This document shows positions 61,771 to 64,000 of a stretch of 64,000 nucleotides of DNA, in pieces. The translations under genes were made by a program, and so were the position numbers. Position 1 is the stretch's first letter, and each line of letters begins with the position of its first letter. The stretch is from Trypanosoma brucei (Eukaryota): the NCBI GenBank assembly GCA_000002445.1, contig CM000207.1, positions 1 to 64,000 on the forward strand, given 5' to 3'. The notes under the pieces were generated by a model. That model saw nothing but the letters and a program-made list of their open reading frames with translations. It made no database searches and was not told the origin of the DNA.

Positions 61771-62661
61771 GTTGTATGGAACACCTAGAACCCAAAAATC
61801 AAATCACTTAAAACAATAGAATGTGTACAATGAAAGTATACGAGGGTGTAAGAGATAACACGAGGAATATTATTAGGAGAAACATAAAAAAAAGAGAAGG
61901 GGAAGGAATATCCACAGTTTAATGCACACGTATTACTATGAGAGCCGTAGTTACACACAAAAAATGACGATGGAGGGGAAAGTTAAAGAGACACAGTGTT
62001 CAGTATATAAGGCATATGAAATCGCTATGTCATTCGCAGAAGCAAAGATCGAATACAAAAAAAAGGGAAATAAATGCAGAACGAATCAACTGAAGATGTG
62101 GAACGGAAGCGCACTGCAGAGGAAAATAGCACCTTAGGATGTGGAGCAACCGATGATTAACTGTACTGCACTCCAAAAGGATTGATGAAGCATATGAGAT
62201 GATAGCATCGGTGAGTTTTGATATTCGTGGTTGATGCATACGTTAAGCACAAAGACTGAAATGATAGAAAACCGTAGGGTGGCCGTCGTTTTTAAGGAAA
62301 AAGAACAATAGAAGGCCACAGCAGGGATGGTTTACTGAATTTTCACAGGGTTATGCCCCGGATGTTCTGTTTCAGCGGCATGTAAAAACAGCAAATAGAG
62401 AAGGGCCGGTGACAAAAGCAAAAATAACCGTTGAATTGCCAATAATACGATGAACCACGACCAAGTGCTTTATTGACAATGTGTGCAAGTCAAGAAAATG
62501 CGCACTACTAAAGACACCGAGGGACTCGCAGTGGCAATTATTGGTCTCCGCAGTTCTTCTTGCCAGCTAATGTGCAAATTCACTGTTACCTGCCCTATTA
62601 TTAATACTGAAGAGGAAAGAGACCACGTTTTTCAATAGAGGTAGATTATTAAAGACGCGGA

Positions 62662-63966
62662 ATGATGAATCAGCTGACTCTACCTGTTTTAGCAGCAGCT
62701 TTAGTCTTTCTTGGAGCTTCAAGCCGAGTGTATGGAGCAGCTGGCGACGGAGCGAACGGCGCAGACTTTCACGTGTTGTGCAACCTAGTCAATCTAGCAA
62801 AGACGCCAGTTGACACAGTAATTCCACAACTAAACCTAGACGAGAAGGCACTTGACGATATAAGGGAGATTTGGGTAGCACTAGCCGACCCCAAGTACAC
62901 AAACTCATTACCAAACAAGTTAGGGGCAGAGGGAGCGGCAACGGCTGAAACCGCCTGCCAAACATCCCCAAAAGCCGCCAAATGCAAATCAAACTGGACA
63001 AAATGGCAGGCTGCAAAGCAAAGAACTGCAACAGCTGGAGAACAAGCTAAGCATAAACCATTAAGTGACGAACTACGAAATTCAGTGTGGGGGAAACAAG
63101 CAGCCGAAGCAGTTACTCATCTGGAGGCACTAGCGGCAAAAGACTTAAACGACTACACTAGCAGCCTCAAAAGCCAGATCGACACCATGCGAGCGACACT
63201 CAAATCACAGCTAACAGATGCTCTCTATGGAAATGGCCAAATTTCGTTTGAGGGAGCGGAGGGAGCCACGCGGACAGTCGGTGCCAACAGAGCAGCAGGA
63301 TGCAAAGGTGCAAACGTGGGAAAAAGCCTGGTAGGCGACCTCTTTTGCCTCTGTGCAGTAGACAGCAGCCAGAACTCGGCGAGACACTGCGGCTTTCTAA
63401 CAGACAGCTGCAGCAGCGGGCTTTGGAGGGCCTGTACCGGCAACAATGCTAAAACAGCATGGCAAAAGATCAGCGCCGAGTGCGAGCATTTCTCAAAGCT
63501 GGAGTTCGGAGCACAATCACTCACCCTAGAATTAGCGGCTTTTAGCGGGCGGCTCAGAAGCGATGCAACAGCAAGCGGGCCAGCAGAAGCCGCAGTTTTC
63601 CTAGGGAAATCCAATACTCAAAGCTGCGCCACCGGAGGCAATACGGCGAGATGCATCGACTACAGCGACGCATTCAAAGAAGGTGGCCAACGTCAAAAGA
63701 TCAGCTTGTACGACAAGCTTGCAGCAGCGGCCACAACCATAGCGACGATAACAGAGAAGCAAGCAGAAGTTCAAACAAAGCAATACGCTATAAATCAACT
63801 TGCACAGGAAGCGGAGAGGATTTATCTCTCACTTTCCACGCTAAACATCAAAGACATAGAAGTTCATCCTCAACCACCTCCCGCCCTAGCAGCCGCATTG
63901 AACAACCAAAAGGAAAAATGTTTTCAGTACCACAACAAGTCGAAGGAATGCACAGATAATGGATGA
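62662..63966 (+). CDS. VSG: VSG, N-domain intact, C-terminal region incomplete (in-frame stop at 63964; C-terminus not resolved within this window)
   Basis: Signal MMNQLTLPVLAAALVFLGASSRVYGAAGDGANGADFHVLCNLVNLAK, then a 434-aa open frame ending ...KEKCFQYHNKSKECTDNG*, about 34 bp before the window edge, with no GPI signal yet seen. Confidence 0.65.
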   Translation: MMNQLTLPVLAAALVFLGASSRVYGAAGDGANGADFHVLCNLVNLAKTPVDTVIPQLNLDEKALDDIREIWVALADPKYTNSLPNKLGAEGAATAETACQTSPKAAKCKSNWTKWQAAKQRTATAGEQAKHKPLSDELRNSVWGKQAAEAVTHLEALAAKDLNDYTSSLKSQIDTMRATLKSQLTDALYGNGQISFEGAEGATRTVGANRAAGCKGANVGKSLVGDLFCLCAVDSSQNSARHCGFLTDSCSSGLWRACTGNNAKTAWQKISAECEHFSKLEFGAQSLTLELAAFSGRLRSDATASGPAEAAVFLGKSNTQSCATGGNTARCIDYSDAFKEGGQRQKISLYDKLAAAATTIATITEKQAEVQTKQYAINQLAQEAERIYLSLSTLNIKDIEVHPQPPPALAAALNNQKEKCFQYHNKSKECTDNG

Positions 63967-64000
63967 AAATCGATTGGAGACAGCGAAAACAAGAGAGAGC

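Noticed and set aside
1-64000. A prokaryotic-style defence or accessory island (the prompt hints at a novel system)
   Set aside because: Composition, the 70-bp repeats, GPI-anchored VSG reading frames and ingi/RIME elements all mark this as trypanosome subtelomeric DNA. There are no operon-like gene clusters, Shine-Dalgarno contexts or bacterial domains.

Overview
This window reads as a silent VSG (variant surface glycoprotein) gene array from a Trypanozoon trypanosome (Trypanosoma brucei group), i.e. subtelomeric antigenic-variation archive DNA rather than a prokaryotic locus. It contains about 18 VSG genes, pseudogenes or fragments. Each carries the usual flanking signatures: upstream TAA/TTA-rich '70-bp' repeats, a C-terminal GPI-signal peptide, and the conserved 16-mer TGATATATTTTAACAC-like element in the 3'UTR. 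Genes in 1..13.8 kb lie on the minus strand and genes in 21..64 kb on the plus strand, a divergent orientation switch. A ~5.25-kb ingi non-LTR retrotransposon (minus strand, 15864..21116) sits exactly at the switch, next to a 12-bp-flanked 5' half of its short relative RIME. A second, near-identical ingi (45819..51058) lies between a 70-bp repeat and the next VSG cassette. Three VSGs look intact (12308..13771 minus, 24885..26384 plus, 52253..53779 plus). The rest are frameshifted, stop-containing or truncated. Other notable items are two families of recurring VSG-upstream modules, one with conserved short reading frames; a fossil TTAGGG telomere tract downstream of an intact VSG; a GC-rich island of unknown identity; and a >1.6-kb 70-bp repeat array at the left edge. 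No rRNA, tRNA or CRISPR features are supported. Family assignments are from recalled sequence families and motif reading only; no searches were run.
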